Shown here piece after piece: positions 9,838 to 20,279 of a DNA stretch of 64,000 bases. The stretch spans positions 32,001 to 96,000 of the forward strand of contig JBFWNL010000010.1 of assembly GCA_050251055.1 (NCBI GenBank), given 5' to 3'. Within the stretch, counting starts at the first letter, position 1; the number at the start of each line of letters is the position of its first letter. The DNA comes from Bacteriovoracia bacterium (GTDB taxonomy: Bacteria > Bdellovibrionota > UBA1018 > JBFWNL01). The translations under genes were made by a program, and so were the position numbers. The notes under the pieces were generated by a model. It was not told the DNA's origin. It ran no database searches and saw only the letters and a list, made by a program, of their open reading frames with translations.

Positions 9838-10576
9838 CACCGCCAACGCCCCCGCGCACGTGCTGCGCGCGGTGAACCTACACAAGGCCTACAAAGGACG
9901 GCCAGTCGTGAAGGGGGTGGATTTCGAGATCCACACGGGCCAGGTCGTGGGGTTGCTCGGCCCCAACGGGGCGGGCAAAACCACCTCGTTCTACATGGTG
10001 GTCGGAATCATCCGCGGCGAAGAGGGCGACGTCACCCTCGATAATCAATCCATCCTGGACGTGCCGATGCATGAACGAGCACGCCGCGGGATTGCGTATC
10101 TACCCCAGGAAGCTTCGGTCTTTCGGCGCATGACGGTCGAGGAAAACATCCTCACGGTGCTGGAAGTAATGAAGTTGGGCGATGTGGAACGGCGCAACCG
10201 GCTCCAGAGACTGCTCGACGAGTTCAATCTCAACGCCATCGCCAAGCAAAAGGCTTTCACCCTTTCCGGGGGGGAGCGGCGGCGCGTGGAAGTCGCCAGA
10301 GCGCTTGCGTTAAACCCTATTTTCCTGCTGTTGGACGAACCATTCGCAGGGATTGACCCGATTGCGGTCGCCGACATTCAAAAAATGATCCAGATCCTGA
10401 AAGCCCGGGGCATCGGGGTTCTCATAACTGATCATAACGTACGGGAAACACTAGAGATTTGTGATTTGGGTTATTTGCTAAATGATGGTAAAATTCTGGA
10501 GAAAGGTACACCCAAAGAGATCGCCAACAGCCGCGCCGCTCGGGAAAAGTACCTCGGAGAGAAGTTCCAGCTTTAG
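9815..10576 (+). CDS. lptB: LPS export ABC transporter ATP-binding protein
   Basis: GPNGAGKTTSFY, YLPQEASVF, LSGGERRRVE, DEPFAGIDP, ITDHNVRETL. Confidence 0.97.
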   Translation: MLTAKEDDTANAPAHVLRAVNLHKAYKGRPVVKGVDFEIHTGQVVGLLGPNGAGKTTSFYMVVGIIRGEEGDVTLDNQSILDVPMHERARRGIAYLPQEASVFRRMTVEENILTVLEVMKLGDVERRNRLQRLLDEFNLNAIAKQKAFTLSGGERRRVEVARALALNPIFLLLDEPFAGIDPIAVADIQKMIQILKARGIGVLITDHNVRETLEICDLGYLLNDGKILEKGTPKEIANSRAAREKYLGEKFQL

Positions 10577-10607
10577 CTGCACTACCGGAAAAGACGACAT
10601 CTAGACC

Positions 10608-12101
10608 ATGGCCTTAGAACTCAAACAGAGCTTAAAACTCAGCCAGCAGCTGGTAATGACGCCCCAGCTGCAGCAGGCGATTAAGCTGTTGCAACTGAAC
10701 CGCATGGAGCTGGCCGAGCTCATCAATAACGAGCTGGTCGAGAATCCGGTCCTGGAAGAGACCTACGAGCAGCAGGATCAAGAAGGCACGCCGGAACCCA
10801 CAGAGTCCGCCAGCGGCGCCGACCCGGAAGCCGAACAGCGCCGCGATGAAGAAGCTTTCGACAAGGCCCCCGACGCCAAGGAAGAGCTCGTGAAGGGCAA
10901 GGACGACTTCAACTGGGAGTCGTACATCGAAGATTTCAATTCTAACTATTCGACCGCGCCGTCGATGAAGGAAGTCAACGACGAGCTGCCGAGCTTCGAG
11001 AGCGTGCTGACCAAAACCAGCACGCTCGAAGACCACCTGACCTGGCAGCTCTCCATGGCTAGCCTCACCGACGAGGAAATGAAGTTTGGGAGCCTCGTTA
11101 TCGGCAATCTATCCGACGACGGCTACCTCACCGCGAACATGGAAGACCTGGCGAAGGAGTCCGGGCTGGAGGTGGAAGACGCGGAAGAAGTCCTCAAGAT
11201 CATCAAGAACTTCGATCCCATCGGCGTCTGCTCGCGCTCGCTGCAGGAATGCCTGGCGACCCAAGCCACGTTCCTGAATCCGCGCCAGCCGCTCGTGGAG
11301 TCGATCATCGAAAAGCACCTGGGCGATTTGGAGCGCAAGAACTACTCGACGATCGCGAAAGCGTTGAACACGCCGATCGAAAAAGTCATTGAAGCCACGA
11401 AGATGATCATGGAGCTCGAGCCAAAACCCGGCCGCTCCTTCAACACCGGCGACACCCAGTACATCACGCCCGACATTTACGTGTATAAGGTTGGCCACGA
11501 GTACGTCATCGTGCTCAATGAAGATGGCATGCCGAAGCTGCGTATCTCCGGCTACTACAAAAACATCCTGGCCGAAGCCACCAAGGGCGACGGCAAGAAC
11601 AAGGTCACCAAGGAATACGTGCAGGAAAAACTGCGCTCGGCCATGTGGCTCATCCGCTCGATCCACAATCGCCAGAAGACCATTTACAAGGTGACGGAAG
11701 CCATCGTCCAGCGCCAGCGTGACTTCTTCGAGAAGGGCGTGCAGTTCCTCAAGCCCATGATCCTGAAAGACGTGGCGAACGATATTGGCATGCACGAATC
11801 CACCATCTCGCGCGTGACCACGAACAAATTCGTGCATACGCCCGTGGGTATTTTCGAGCTCAAATACTTCTTCAACTCTTCCATCAACTCGGCCGACGGA
11901 TCCGACGCCCTGGCCAGCGAAGCGGTGAAGGAAAAGATCCGCCAGCTCGTATCAAAGGAAGACCCGAAGAATCCTTTGTCCGATCAGAAGATCGTGGAGC
12001 TCTTAATGAAGGACAACATCAACATCGCCCGCCGCACGGTCGCCAAGTACCGCGAGATGCTGGGCATCCTTTCTTCCGGTAAGCGGAAGAAGGTCATCTA
12101 A
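10608..12101 (+). CDS. rpoN: RNA polymerase sigma-54 factor
   Basis: MTPQLQQAIKLLQL, HESTISR, RpoN box ARRTVAKYRE. Confidence 0.98.
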   Translation: MALELKQSLKLSQQLVMTPQLQQAIKLLQLNRMELAELINNELVENPVLEETYEQQDQEGTPEPTESASGADPEAEQRRDEEAFDKAPDAKEELVKGKDDFNWESYIEDFNSNYSTAPSMKEVNDELPSFESVLTKTSTLEDHLTWQLSMASLTDEEMKFGSLVIGNLSDDGYLTANMEDLAKESGLEVEDAEEVLKIIKNFDPIGVCSRSLQECLATQATFLNPRQPLVESIIEKHLGDLERKNYSTIAKALNTPIEKVIEATKMIMELEPKPGRSFNTGDTQYITPDIYVYKVGHEYVIVLNEDGMPKLRISGYYKNILAEATKGDGKNKVTKEYVQEKLRSAMWLIRSIHNRQKTIYKVTEAIVQRQRDFFEKGVQFLKPMILKDVANDIGMHESTISRVTTNKFVHTPVGIFELKYFFNSSINSADGSDALASEAVKEKIRQLVSKEDPKNPLSDQKIVELLMKDNINIARRTVAKYREMLGILSSGKRKKVI

Positions 12102-12127
12102 AAACATTGAATTAAATTGAGCGAAGA

Positions 12128-12916
12128 TTAGTCGGCGAAAACGACGCCGCGGTTTCCGCTGTTCTCGTGATCGTGGCAGTAGAACAAACCGGCCTTCGCC
12201 ACCGTCGGCATGTACTTGCCGCCGTCCTTACCCTTCTCGGGGGACTTGGCGAGCGAGTCGTCCTGGTGGCGGATGCCGCCTTGGCCGTGCACCCGGTGAA
12301 CGGAAGTGGTGTCGCGGTTGATGAACTCCAAAGTCACCGGCGCGGCCGCCGTACGGAAAGTCACGGACGAGTTCGCCGCGAACGGCTTGGCTTCCAGGCC
12401 TTCGCCGCCCATCCAAAGGTGGAACGGCCGAGCGGTGTCTTCAATCGTCACGACATACTTGCTCGCGATCGAAACTGGCACTACGGCCTCGTCGGCCTTC
12501 GCTCCGTCTTGCACGGAAACCTTGAACCCCTTCGCCGCGAAAGGGAGCGCGGTCGATTTCGCTCGGGCGGAGAGCGTGATGGTCTTGGTTTCGCCGGCCT
12601 TTAACGGAAACTCGAGCAGATCGACGGAGAACTGTAGATTCTCGCCTTGCGCGAAGACGGCGTCTTGTTGGCCGTCGCCGTTGATGACGACCTTCACTTG
12701 ATCACCGGCATATTCGGCGCCGGCCTTCACGACGAGCATCACTTCGCGCGATGAAGCGAGGTTCATCTCCAGCTTTTGGTCGACTTGCGCCAAACGCACG
12801 CAAAAGCCAGCCGCGTCTTCGCAGCTATCGGCCCCGACGTAGGCGGTATACGCCTGCGCTCCGCCGACCATAGACAAAGCCCCGCACATCCATCCCATCA
12901 GAATCAGTTTCTTCAT
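12128..12916 (-). CDS. Secreted protein with C-terminal cupredoxin-like domain
   Basis: Signal peptide MKKLILMGWMCGALSMVGGAQA from ATG 12916; C-terminus FINRD...HRVH...FYCHDH. Confidence 0.65.
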   Translation of the reverse strand: MKKLILMGWMCGALSMVGGAQAYTAYVGADSCEDAAGFCVRLAQVDQKLEMNLASSREVMLVVKAGAEYAGDQVKVVINGDGQQDAVFAQGENLQFSVDLLEFPLKAGETKTITLSARAKSTALPFAAKGFKVSVQDGAKADEAVVPVSIASKYVVTIEDTARPFHLWMGGEGLEAKPFAANSSVTFRTAAAPVTLEFINRDTTSVHRVHGQGGIRHQDDSLAKSPEKGKDGGKYMPTVAKAGLFYCHDHENSGNRGVVFAD

Positions 12917-13026
12917 ATGGGAAGAATTTAGCACCCGCACTCGGAGGCGACCACAAAAGACTTCTGAAGCGAACTCGGTTTTGGTCCAGCGAGCGCACGT
13001 CAAAAAAATGGCGGGACGCGTGATTT

Positions 13027-14307
13027 TTAGCGCCGCACTTGGTAGCCGGCCAGCTGACCGCGATCGGTCGCCACCACCAGGAACGGGTCGGAAGCCGTGG
13101 CCTTGGCGTAAAGATACGCCCCGTCCTCGGTGTGCAGCGGCAAATGCCACGTCACCTTGCCCTTCATGTCGAAGGAGAAGAGGTGGCTGTGCCGGCTTTT
13201 CGTGGACGGCGAATAGATGTCCTCGAACCCCACCAGAACTTCGTCGCGAGAGACGACCATCGGGGACGAATAATCCGCGAAATGCTGATCTCGGTAGAAG
13301 AAGCCTTTGGCGAGCTTCACGGCCGGCGCGGTTCCCGGCTCGAGCTTATACGACGCCAAGTACTGGCCCTGGGGTCCGTTGCCATAAACCAACACGGTAT
13401 CTGCTTTTTCGGAGAACGAAACCTGCTCGGTGTGTTGGCTGAGCTGAACCTGCGCGAGCGTGTTGCCCTGCTTGTCGAGCAAGGCCAAGCTCTGGCCCTT
13501 CAAGGGCGCGCCTTCCGCTCCCACGGCGGGCGCGCTTCCGGTCCCGGGATGCACGTTATAAATGACGGCGATCATCCCGCCCCCGGGGCCTTCGCCCGTG
13601 ATGGCGGCATCCACGATTTCACCTGGCACCGTCTTCTTGAAGACTTCCTTCATCTCGGAATTCAACCGCACCAGCTCGCCGCGATTAAGCGCAATGAGGA
13701 AATGACTCTCGTCGCGCGCAACCTTCAAAGTCAACACCTCGCGCCCGGTACGGTAGGTTTCGAGCTTCTTTCCCGACCAATCGAACAGATCGTAGGCGAC
13801 GCCGGGACGAGAGTCGTCGTCGTAGTAGCACAGCACGCGCTTCACCCGGTTCAGGAGCATGGGCTTGCAAAGCGCGCCATAGGACCACTGAACCTTACCC
13901 GCCTGATCAATGCCGGAGAGCTTTTCGTCGTACGTGCTCATCACGGCGAACTCGCCGCTCTCGCTGATCTCGAGATCCTTGATCTTCGACTTCAACGGCA
14001 GCCGCCACACTTCCTCGCCCTGTTTGGAAAAGAGCAGGACGAACGGATTCGTCGGCGCGCTCGACTCCTCGTCGCTCGGCACGGTCGCCGCCAAGATAAA
14101 CTTCCCGTTCTTCGAGAGCTTCAGGTCCGTCACGAAGCCGGGCATCTTCTGCGACCAAAGGTGCGTCGCGAGCGAGTTCTGCTCCGAGACTTCGAAGGGC
14201 AAACTGTGTTGGATGGACTTCGTCGTGGAGCACGCGGGAATGCCTAGGTAGGCGAGGATCGTGCTCCAGCTCATCATGAGGGTAACGCCCGAACTTTTCT
14301 TCTTCAC
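13027..14307 (-). CDS. PQQ/WD40-like beta-propeller lipoprotein
   Basis: Lipobox-like IPAC; blade repeats (SKNGKFI, GEEVW, SESGEFA, GKVQW, GKVTW). Confidence 0.7.
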   Translation of the reverse strand: MKKKSSGVTLMMSWSTILAYLGIPACSTTKSIQHSLPFEVSEQNSLATHLWSQKMPGFVTDLKLSKNGKFILAATVPSDEESSAPTNPFVLLFSKQGEEVWRLPLKSKIKDLEISESGEFAVMSTYDEKLSGIDQAGKVQWSYGALCKPMLLNRVKRVLCYYDDDSRPGVAYDLFDWSGKKLETYRTGREVLTLKVARDESHFLIALNRGELVRLNSEMKEVFKKTVPGEIVDAAITGEGPGGGMIAVIYNVHPGTGSAPAVGAEGAPLKGQSLALLDKQGNTLAQVQLSQHTEQVSFSEKADTVLVYGNGPQGQYLASYKLEPGTAPAVKLAKGFFYRDQHFADYSSPMVVSRDEVLVGFEDIYSPSTKSRHSHLFSFDMKGKVTWHLPLHTEDGAYLYAKATASDPFLVVATDRGQLAGYQVRR

Positions 14308-14324
14308 GGTTTATTAATGGTGAC

Positions 14325-14675
14325 TTATCCGGCGCGTGAACGCAACCGGGTATAACGGGCTTTCGCCTGGCGCCGCAGGGTAGGCGTGGCAGGATCCTTG
14401 CGCGCGCTCTTTTGATAGTCTTGAATGCTCAGGCAACCGTAGATTTTCTTCACCAGCATGGTGTTCACCTGGGCGCCGATCTCCTCGGCAATCGATTGCA
14501 CCATGGAATTTGGAATCGAAAGCTTCAACTTTCTGAGGTAGGCTAGGTAATCCATAACCACCTTGCCAATGAAGGCTTTGCGGTCCATGTCCGCGTCATG
14601 GAATTGGTACAGGTGTTGTTCGAAGATCACGTACAGTGGATCGAGATTGGAGTCTTTGTCAGGTGTTGGGCGCAT
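14325..14675 (-). CDS. Conserved hypothetical protein (about 116 aa)
   Basis: ORF with MLVKKIYGCLSI block; start trimmed to ATG 14675 to avoid overlap with the divergent DHH gene. Confidence 0.6.
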   Translation of the reverse strand: MRPTPDKDSNLDPLYVIFEQHLYQFHDADMDRKAFIGKVVMDYLAYLRKLKLSIPNSMVQSIAEEIGAQVNTMLVKKIYGCLSIQDYQKSARKDPATPTLRRQAKARYTRLRSRAG

Positions 14676-14715
14676 AAGGCGTTTGATATCTTTCTCGGTG
14701 ATCTGGAGAGGCGTC

Positions 14716-15789
14716 TTGAGCAAGAAGTACAAGGAAAAAGAAGTCGGGCTTTCGCGTAGCAAAGATTTCCAAGAGTTCCAAAAGCTTTTGGGGGACGCCA
14801 AACGCGTGCTCATTTCTACCCACCTCCTTCCTGATGGCGACGGCTTGGGCGCGGAATTCGCGCTCTTTCACTACCTCAAGCGGGCGCGGAAAGCTTGCCG
14901 CGTCTATAACCCCGATCCGGTGCCAAAGCGTTATCGCTTCATGGATCCAAAGTCGACGGTTTTACTCGGTCCAGGCGAGGTAGAACTCTGGGATACGTTC
15001 GATCTCTGGGTCATCGTCGACACGAACGACCCGCGTCGACTGGGGCCCCTCTGGGGTGAGCTTTCGCTGCGGGCGAAGAAGATCGTCTTTCTTGATCACC
15101 ATCCGCCCACGCTCGGCGCGGGCGGCACGGTGGAAGAATTGAACTACCCTCCCCACGCCTTCGTGGTTTCGGATACCGCCTCGAGCAGCATCGGCGAATT
15201 GCTTTATCACCTCTTCGGGGAGCTGAACCTCACCAAGATCAATCGCGATATGGCGCTCGGGCTCTACGTCTCGGTGATGACGGATACGAACAGCTTCCGC
15301 TACTCGCGCACGACGCCGGCCGCGCACCGGATCGCGGGAGAGATGATCGAGCTCGGCGTGAATCCGGAGGACGTTTACCAATCCATTTTCTCGTCAAAGG
15401 AACTCTCCCACCTGCAACTGCTCGGGCACATGTTGCAAAACGTGAAGGTGGCCGCCGGCGGCAAGCTCGCCTGGCTCGAGATGGGGCTGAACCTGCGCAA
15501 GGAACACCGCGCTTCGGCGGACGACACGCAGTCGTTCCTGAACCTGCTCCTGCTCCTGCGTGACGCCGAGGTGGTTTGCCTCTTCCGCGAGGAGGACAAC
15601 GACATGGTCCGCGTTTCGATTAAGTCCAAAGGCAAGATCGTCATTAACCGGGTGGCGATGGAACTGGGCGGAGGCGGACATGAGTACGCCGCCGGACTCG
15701 CGCTCGACGCTCCCTTACGCAAGACGGTCGAGGCCGTCACGGGCCGCATTGAAACCTTGATCCAAAACTTCGAAAGGTTCGGCAAATGA
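14716..15789 (+). CDS. nrnA: DHH/DHHA1 phosphoesterase (NrnA oligoribonuclease/pAp phosphatase family)
   Basis: THLLPDGDGLG, VDT, LDHH, TDTNSF, GGGGHEYAAG; TTG start after GGAGAGG. Confidence 0.88.
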   Translation: MSKKYKEKEVGLSRSKDFQEFQKLLGDAKRVLISTHLLPDGDGLGAEFALFHYLKRARKACRVYNPDPVPKRYRFMDPKSTVLLGPGEVELWDTFDLWVIVDTNDPRRLGPLWGELSLRAKKIVFLDHHPPTLGAGGTVEELNYPPHAFVVSDTASSSIGELLYHLFGELNLTKINRDMALGLYVSVMTDTNSFRYSRTTPAAHRIAGEMIELGVNPEDVYQSIFSSKELSHLQLLGHMLQNVKVAAGGKLAWLEMGLNLRKEHRASADDTQSFLNLLLLLRDAEVVCLFREEDNDMVRVSIKSKGKIVINRVAMELGGGGHEYAAGLALDAPLRKTVEAVTGRIETLIQNFERFGK

Positions 15790-15802
15790 AGGGGGGTTCT
15801 GC

Positions 15803-16801
15803 ATGAAGGCCGCGACCATCACCCGCAACGGGGGCCCCGGGGTTTTTCAGATGCGCGAGATCAAACCGCCGACGATCGTCGCCGGTGGCATCCGGATCCG
15901 CGTGAAGGCATGCGGCGTGAACTTCGCGGACTTAATGATGCGCATGGGGCTCTACCCCGAGGCGCCGAAACCGCCGTTCGTGCCCGGCTACGAAGTCGCC
16001 GGCACGGTGACGGAAGTCGGCCCAGGCGTGGGCGTGTTTCGTGTCGGTGATCGCGTGATGGCCGCCTGTAAATTCGGCGGCTACACCGAAGAGATCGTGG
16101 TGCCCGCGTTGGTAGCGCGTAAAATTCCCGACGCGATGTCGTTCGAGGAAGCGGCGGCCGTGGTGGTGAACTACATGACGGCGTGGGTAGGTCTCATGGA
16201 CATGGCGCGCGTGCGCTCCGGCGATAGGGTTTTGATCTCGAGCGCGGCAGGCGGCGTGGGCACGGCGGCGGTGCAACTCTGCAAGCATGCGGGCGCGGAA
16301 GTCGTGGGGCTGGTGAGCTCGCACGCCAAAGATGCCTACGTGAAGGGGTTGGGCGCGGACGCGGTTTGGGAGTACGACGAGTGGTACGCGAAAAAAGACG
16401 AGCGCTTCAGCGTCGTCTTCGACGCGAACGGCGGCAAAAGCCTGAAACTCGCCTTCGCCCGGCTCGCGCCCATGGGTCGCGTGGTGAGCTTCGGCGTTTC
16501 GGACATGATTTCGGGCCAGAAGCGAAACCTCTTCAAAACCGTGGCGGGGTTGCTCCAGACACCCATCTTCTCCCAGTTCAAACTCCAGATGCAGAACAAG
16601 GGCGTCTTCGGCCTGAACGTGCTGAAGTTCATGGACGAGCCCGAAACCTTGAGCGGCGCCTTCGACGGCATCATGCAGGGCTTCCAAGAGGGGAAGTACA
16701 AAGTCCACGTCGGGAAAACGTTCCCCCTCGCCCACGCGGGCGAAGCTCACACCTACCTGCAAAGCCGCAAAGGCACCGGCAAGGTCGTCCTGATCACCTG
16801 A
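15803..16801 (+). CDS. MDR-family NADPH:quinone oxidoreductase (VAT-1-like)
   Basis: GVNFADLMMRMGLYP, PGYEVAG, SAAGGVG, GKVVL. Confidence 0.88.
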   Translation: MKAATITRNGGPGVFQMREIKPPTIVAGGIRIRVKACGVNFADLMMRMGLYPEAPKPPFVPGYEVAGTVTEVGPGVGVFRVGDRVMAACKFGGYTEEIVVPALVARKIPDAMSFEEAAAVVVNYMTAWVGLMDMARVRSGDRVLISSAAGGVGTAAVQLCKHAGAEVVGLVSSHAKDAYVKGLGADAVWEYDEWYAKKDERFSVVFDANGGKSLKLAFARLAPMGRVVSFGVSDMISGQKRNLFKTVAGLLQTPIFSQFKLQMQNKGVFGLNVLKFMDEPETLSGAFDGIMQGFQEGKYKVHVGKTFPLAHAGEAHTYLQSRKGTGKVVLIT

Positions 16802-16920
16802 GAACACGTTCGACCGCTTTTTTACGCACTGCGCTTCGCTCAAATTACAGGACTCTCAAGTGAAACAACTTGTTAATGATGATGCATAGCGCACCAAAAG
16901 CTTAATCCGACAGCTTTTCA

Positions 16921-16949
16921 TTGCTCACGGCCCTCGGGTCGTTTATAAA
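16921..16949 (+). promoter_or_regulatory. Candidate sigma70 promoter of the gldA-like operon
   Basis: TTGCTC-N17-TATAAA, 40 bp upstream of ATG 16990. Confidence 0.5.
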
Positions 16950-16989
16950 TTCATATTCATAACAAACACTTGGCTAAGAGGGCACGAGC

Positions 16990-17910
16990 ATGATTCAGGT
17001 TCAGGATCTAACCAAGATGTACGGCGTCCGCGCGGCGGTACAGAATCTCAATTTTGAAATCCAAAAAGGTGAAGTTGTCGGATTCCTGGGGCCGAACGGC
17101 GCCGGCAAGTCGACGACCATGAAGATCATCACGTGCTTCATGCCGCCCACGTCGGGTACGGCGAAAGTCGCGGGCTACGATATCGCCGAAGATCCCATCG
17201 AGGTGAAGCGTAACATCGGCTACCTACCGGAAACGCCGCCCGTCTACCGCGAGATGGTCGTGGAAGATTACCTGGAGTTTGCCGCCAAGCTGCACGACGT
17301 GCCTTCTCCGAAAGTGAGTTCCGCCGTCCGCACCGCGATCGACAAGATCGGCCTGGGCGACGTGCGCCGCCGCCTCATCGGTAACCTCTCGAAAGGCTAC
17401 CAGCAGCGCGTGGGCTTGGCCCAAGCGCTGGTGCACGACCCGAAAGTGCTGATCCTCGACGAACCGACCGTCGGCCTCGACCCCAACCAGATCATCGAGA
17501 TCCGCAAGCTCATTAAAAGCTTGGGCGGCGACCACACCGTCATCCTAAGCTCGCACATCCTGCCCGAGGTGACGGCGACCTGCCAACGCATCATCGTCAT
17601 CAGCAAGGGTCAGATCGTCGCGCAGGACACGCTCGAAAAGCTCACGACCCGCCTGAAGAAAGGGCTGATTTACCGGATGACGGTGCGCAACCCGTCGGCG
17701 GGAGGGATGAGCTCGCTCGAGAAGGTCGCGGGCGTCACGCGCGTCGCCGTCGAAGGCAACGGTTACACCATCGAGCTTGATCCCAAGGCCAGCGAAGTGC
17801 GCGACCAGGTCGTCGCCGCCGCCGTCGGCAGCGGAATGGGCGTACTGGAATTCGCGGCCGAGAAGCTCAGCCTCGAAGAAATCTTCCTCCAACTGACCAC
17901 CCAAGAATAG
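16990..17910 (+). CDS. gldA: ABC-2 transporter ATP-binding protein, GldA-like
   Basis: GPNGAGKSTTMK, LSKGYQQRVGLAQAL, DEPTVGLDPNQI, SSHILPEV. Confidence 0.85.
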   Translation: MIQVQDLTKMYGVRAAVQNLNFEIQKGEVVGFLGPNGAGKSTTMKIITCFMPPTSGTAKVAGYDIAEDPIEVKRNIGYLPETPPVYREMVVEDYLEFAAKLHDVPSPKVSSAVRTAIDKIGLGDVRRRLIGNLSKGYQQRVGLAQALVHDPKVLILDEPTVGLDPNQIIEIRKLIKSLGGDHTVILSSHILPEVTATCQRIIVISKGQIVAQDTLEKLTTRLKKGLIYRMTVRNPSAGGMSSLEKVAGVTRVAVEGNGYTIELDPKASEVRDQVVAAAVGSGMGVLEFAAEKLSLEEIFLQLTTQE

Positions 17911-17940
17911 AGCCAAGCCAAAGGACCCAAAGGAAACGCT

Positions 17941-18708
17941 ATGAAAAAAATTCTTACCATCGCCTGGCGGGACTACAAAACCTACTTCACCTCGCCGATC
18001 GCCTATATCCTAATGTTCGTTTTCCTCGTGATCATGGGCCTATCCTTCTACAACGGACTGATCACGTTCTATAACTTCACCCAGAACTCGCGCGGCAACT
18101 TCATGGGCGGCGGCCCCCGCAGCATCTCGGATTTCCTGCGCCAGGGCCTATTCCCGATGCTGAACCTGCTGATGCTCTTCATCACGCCGTTCATCACCAT
18201 GCGGCTCCTTTCGGAAGAACGCAAGATGCACACCTACGAGCTGCTCGCCACCGCGCCCATCACCCTGTGGCAGATCGTGCTCGGCAAGTTCCTCTCCGGG
18301 CTGTTCATGGTGCTCACGCTTTTTGCGCTGACGCTCTTCTACCCGATCTTCCTTTATGTTTTCGGCAACCCGGAAACCGGCACGCTCGTCGCGTGTTACC
18401 TCGGGGCGATCCTGATGGCGGCTTGTTACCTTTCGATTGGTACCTTGTTCTCCGCCATGACGGAAAATCAAATCATCTCGGCGGCGGTCACGTTTTCAGC
18501 CTGCTTCTTTTTCTGGATCGTGTCGTGGGCGTCGTACCACATCGGCGCGTTCTGGGGCGATATCCTGAAGTTCTTGTCCCTGCATAGCCATTTCATGACG
18601 ATGAGCGAGGGCCTGATCAACACGAGCGACGTGTTCTTCTTCCTGTCTTTCATCGGTTTCGGACTGTACCTGGCCCGCCAGGTGCTCGAATCCTACCGTT
18701 GGCGTTAA
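17941..18708 (+). CDS. gldF: ABC-2 permease, GldF-like
   Basis: YFTSPIAY, PFITMRLLSEERK, IVLGKF, six TM segments. Confidence 0.85.
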   Translation: MKKILTIAWRDYKTYFTSPIAYILMFVFLVIMGLSFYNGLITFYNFTQNSRGNFMGGGPRSISDFLRQGLFPMLNLLMLFITPFITMRLLSEERKMHTYELLATAPITLWQIVLGKFLSGLFMVLTLFALTLFYPIFLYVFGNPETGTLVACYLGAILMAACYLSIGTLFSAMTENQIISAAVTFSACFFFWIVSWASYHIGAFWGDILKFLSLHSHFMTMSEGLINTSDVFFFLSFIGFGLYLARQVLESYRWR

Positions 18709-18730
18709 TCGAGCGCTAAGGAGAAAATTT

Positions 18731-20269
18731 ATGAACCAACCTAATGAAAAACGTTCCGCTAAATTCGCCATCGCCCTCTGGCTGGGCGCCTCCGTCCTAG
18801 GACTGGGCCTCCTCTTCGGCCGCATCCTGCTGCCGGAAGCGACCTGGCTCATGTACGCACTCGGGGCCGCCCTGGTGGCGAACCTCTACTTCCTGATCCA
18901 GGAGAACAAGAAGATCTTCTTCAGCAAGCAAACCGCCTACGGCCTCCACGCCACGGTCTCGGTACTCATCGCGCTCGGCATTCTCGGGGTGCTCAACCTG
19001 CTTTCCTACAAGCACCCGATGAAGCTCGACCTCACGAAGAACAGCCTGCACACCTTCTCCGACCAAACCAAGAAGGTCGTAAGAGAGATGAAGAAGGAAG
19101 TGAAGGCGGTGCTTTTCTCCAACACCATCGAACGCGAGAAAATGCGGCCAGTGCTGCAAAACTTCGCGGACCTCAACTCCAACTTCAAGGTCGAGTACGT
19201 CGACATCCAGAAAGAAAAGGCCGCGGTGGAGATCGCCGGCATCACCAAGGCCAACACCCTGAAAATATCGGTCGGCGATCGCAACCTCAAGATCAACGAA
19301 ATCACCGAGGAAAAGATCACCAACGCGCTCATGAAGCTTCTGCGCGAGGGTGACCGCACCATGTGCTTCATCCTGGGCCACGGCGAGAAAGACGCGAAAT
19401 CTAACGAGCCCATCGGCATGGGCATCATCAAAAACGAGCTCGAACAGCAGGCGTACGAAGTAAAGAGCGTCGATCTGCCGACGGAAATGAAGATCCCGGA
19501 CGGCTGCAACACGATCGGCATCTTGGGACCCACGCGCTCTTTCCTGGACGAAGAAATCAAGGTCATCGGCGACTACCTGAACAACGGGGGCCGCGCGATC
19601 ATCGCCCTGGACTTCGTGTTCCAAGGCCCGAATCCGCACGCCAAGCTCGAAGCCCTGATCGAGCAGTGGTACGTGAAGTTTCCGAATGCCCTCGTGATCC
19701 AGCTGCCGAACCCGCAGGTGGTGGCCGCGGCGGACATCTCCAAGGCGCATCCCATCACCAAGGAGTTCGAAACCGCGATCCTCATGCCGCTGCCGCGCGC
19801 GCTCGTGCTCATGCCGGACCCGCCTGCCAGCCTGAACGTGGCTTACCTGGCGAAATCGTCCCCCAAGAGCTGGGGTAAAACGGACATCTCGGAATTCAAA
19901 ACGGGCCGAATCACCATCAACAAAGGCAAGGATCTCGACGGACCGATCGTGCTCGCGGCGGTCGTCGAGGGCAAGCAGAAGGGCTCGACGGCGACGAAGA
20001 ACTCGCGCCTGGTGCTCTTCGGCAGCTCGCACATGGTCGCCAACGGCGGCGTGCAGGCCGGGGGGAATTCGGATTTCTTCATGAACTCGGTGAGCTGGCT
20101 CATGGACGACGAGAACCTGATCTCGATCCGCTCGAAGCAGGACGATCCGGCGAAACTCGAGATCGACGACCAGAAGAACATCATCACGTTCTGGCTCACG
20201 GTGATCCTCTACCCGCTGGCGATCGGCGCGCTGGGCATCGTGGTGTGGATCCGTCGCCGACGCCTGTAG
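18731..20269 (+). CDS. gldG: GldG-family ABC auxiliary component
   Basis: DLTKNSLHTFSDQT, FILGHGEK, YLNNGGR, FFMNSVSWL...ISIRSK, C-terminal TM followed by RRRR. Confidence 0.88.
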   Translation: MNQPNEKRSAKFAIALWLGASVLGLGLLFGRILLPEATWLMYALGAALVANLYFLIQENKKIFFSKQTAYGLHATVSVLIALGILGVLNLLSYKHPMKLDLTKNSLHTFSDQTKKVVREMKKEVKAVLFSNTIEREKMRPVLQNFADLNSNFKVEYVDIQKEKAAVEIAGITKANTLKISVGDRNLKINEITEEKITNALMKLLREGDRTMCFILGHGEKDAKSNEPIGMGIIKNELEQQAYEVKSVDLPTEMKIPDGCNTIGILGPTRSFLDEEIKVIGDYLNNGGRAIIALDFVFQGPNPHAKLEALIEQWYVKFPNALVIQLPNPQVVAAADISKAHPITKEFETAILMPLPRALVLMPDPPASLNVAYLAKSSPKSWGKTDISEFKTGRITINKGKDLDGPIVLAAVVEGKQKGSTATKNSRLVLFGSSHMVANGGVQAGGNSDFFMNSVSWLMDDENLISIRSKQDDPAKLEIDDQKNIITFWLTVILYPLAIGALGIVVWIRRRRL

Positions 20270-20279
20270 GAGACATAAC

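Noticed and set aside
13039-14247. 402-aa plus-strand ORF
   Set aside because: Shadow of the minus-strand propeller lipoprotein
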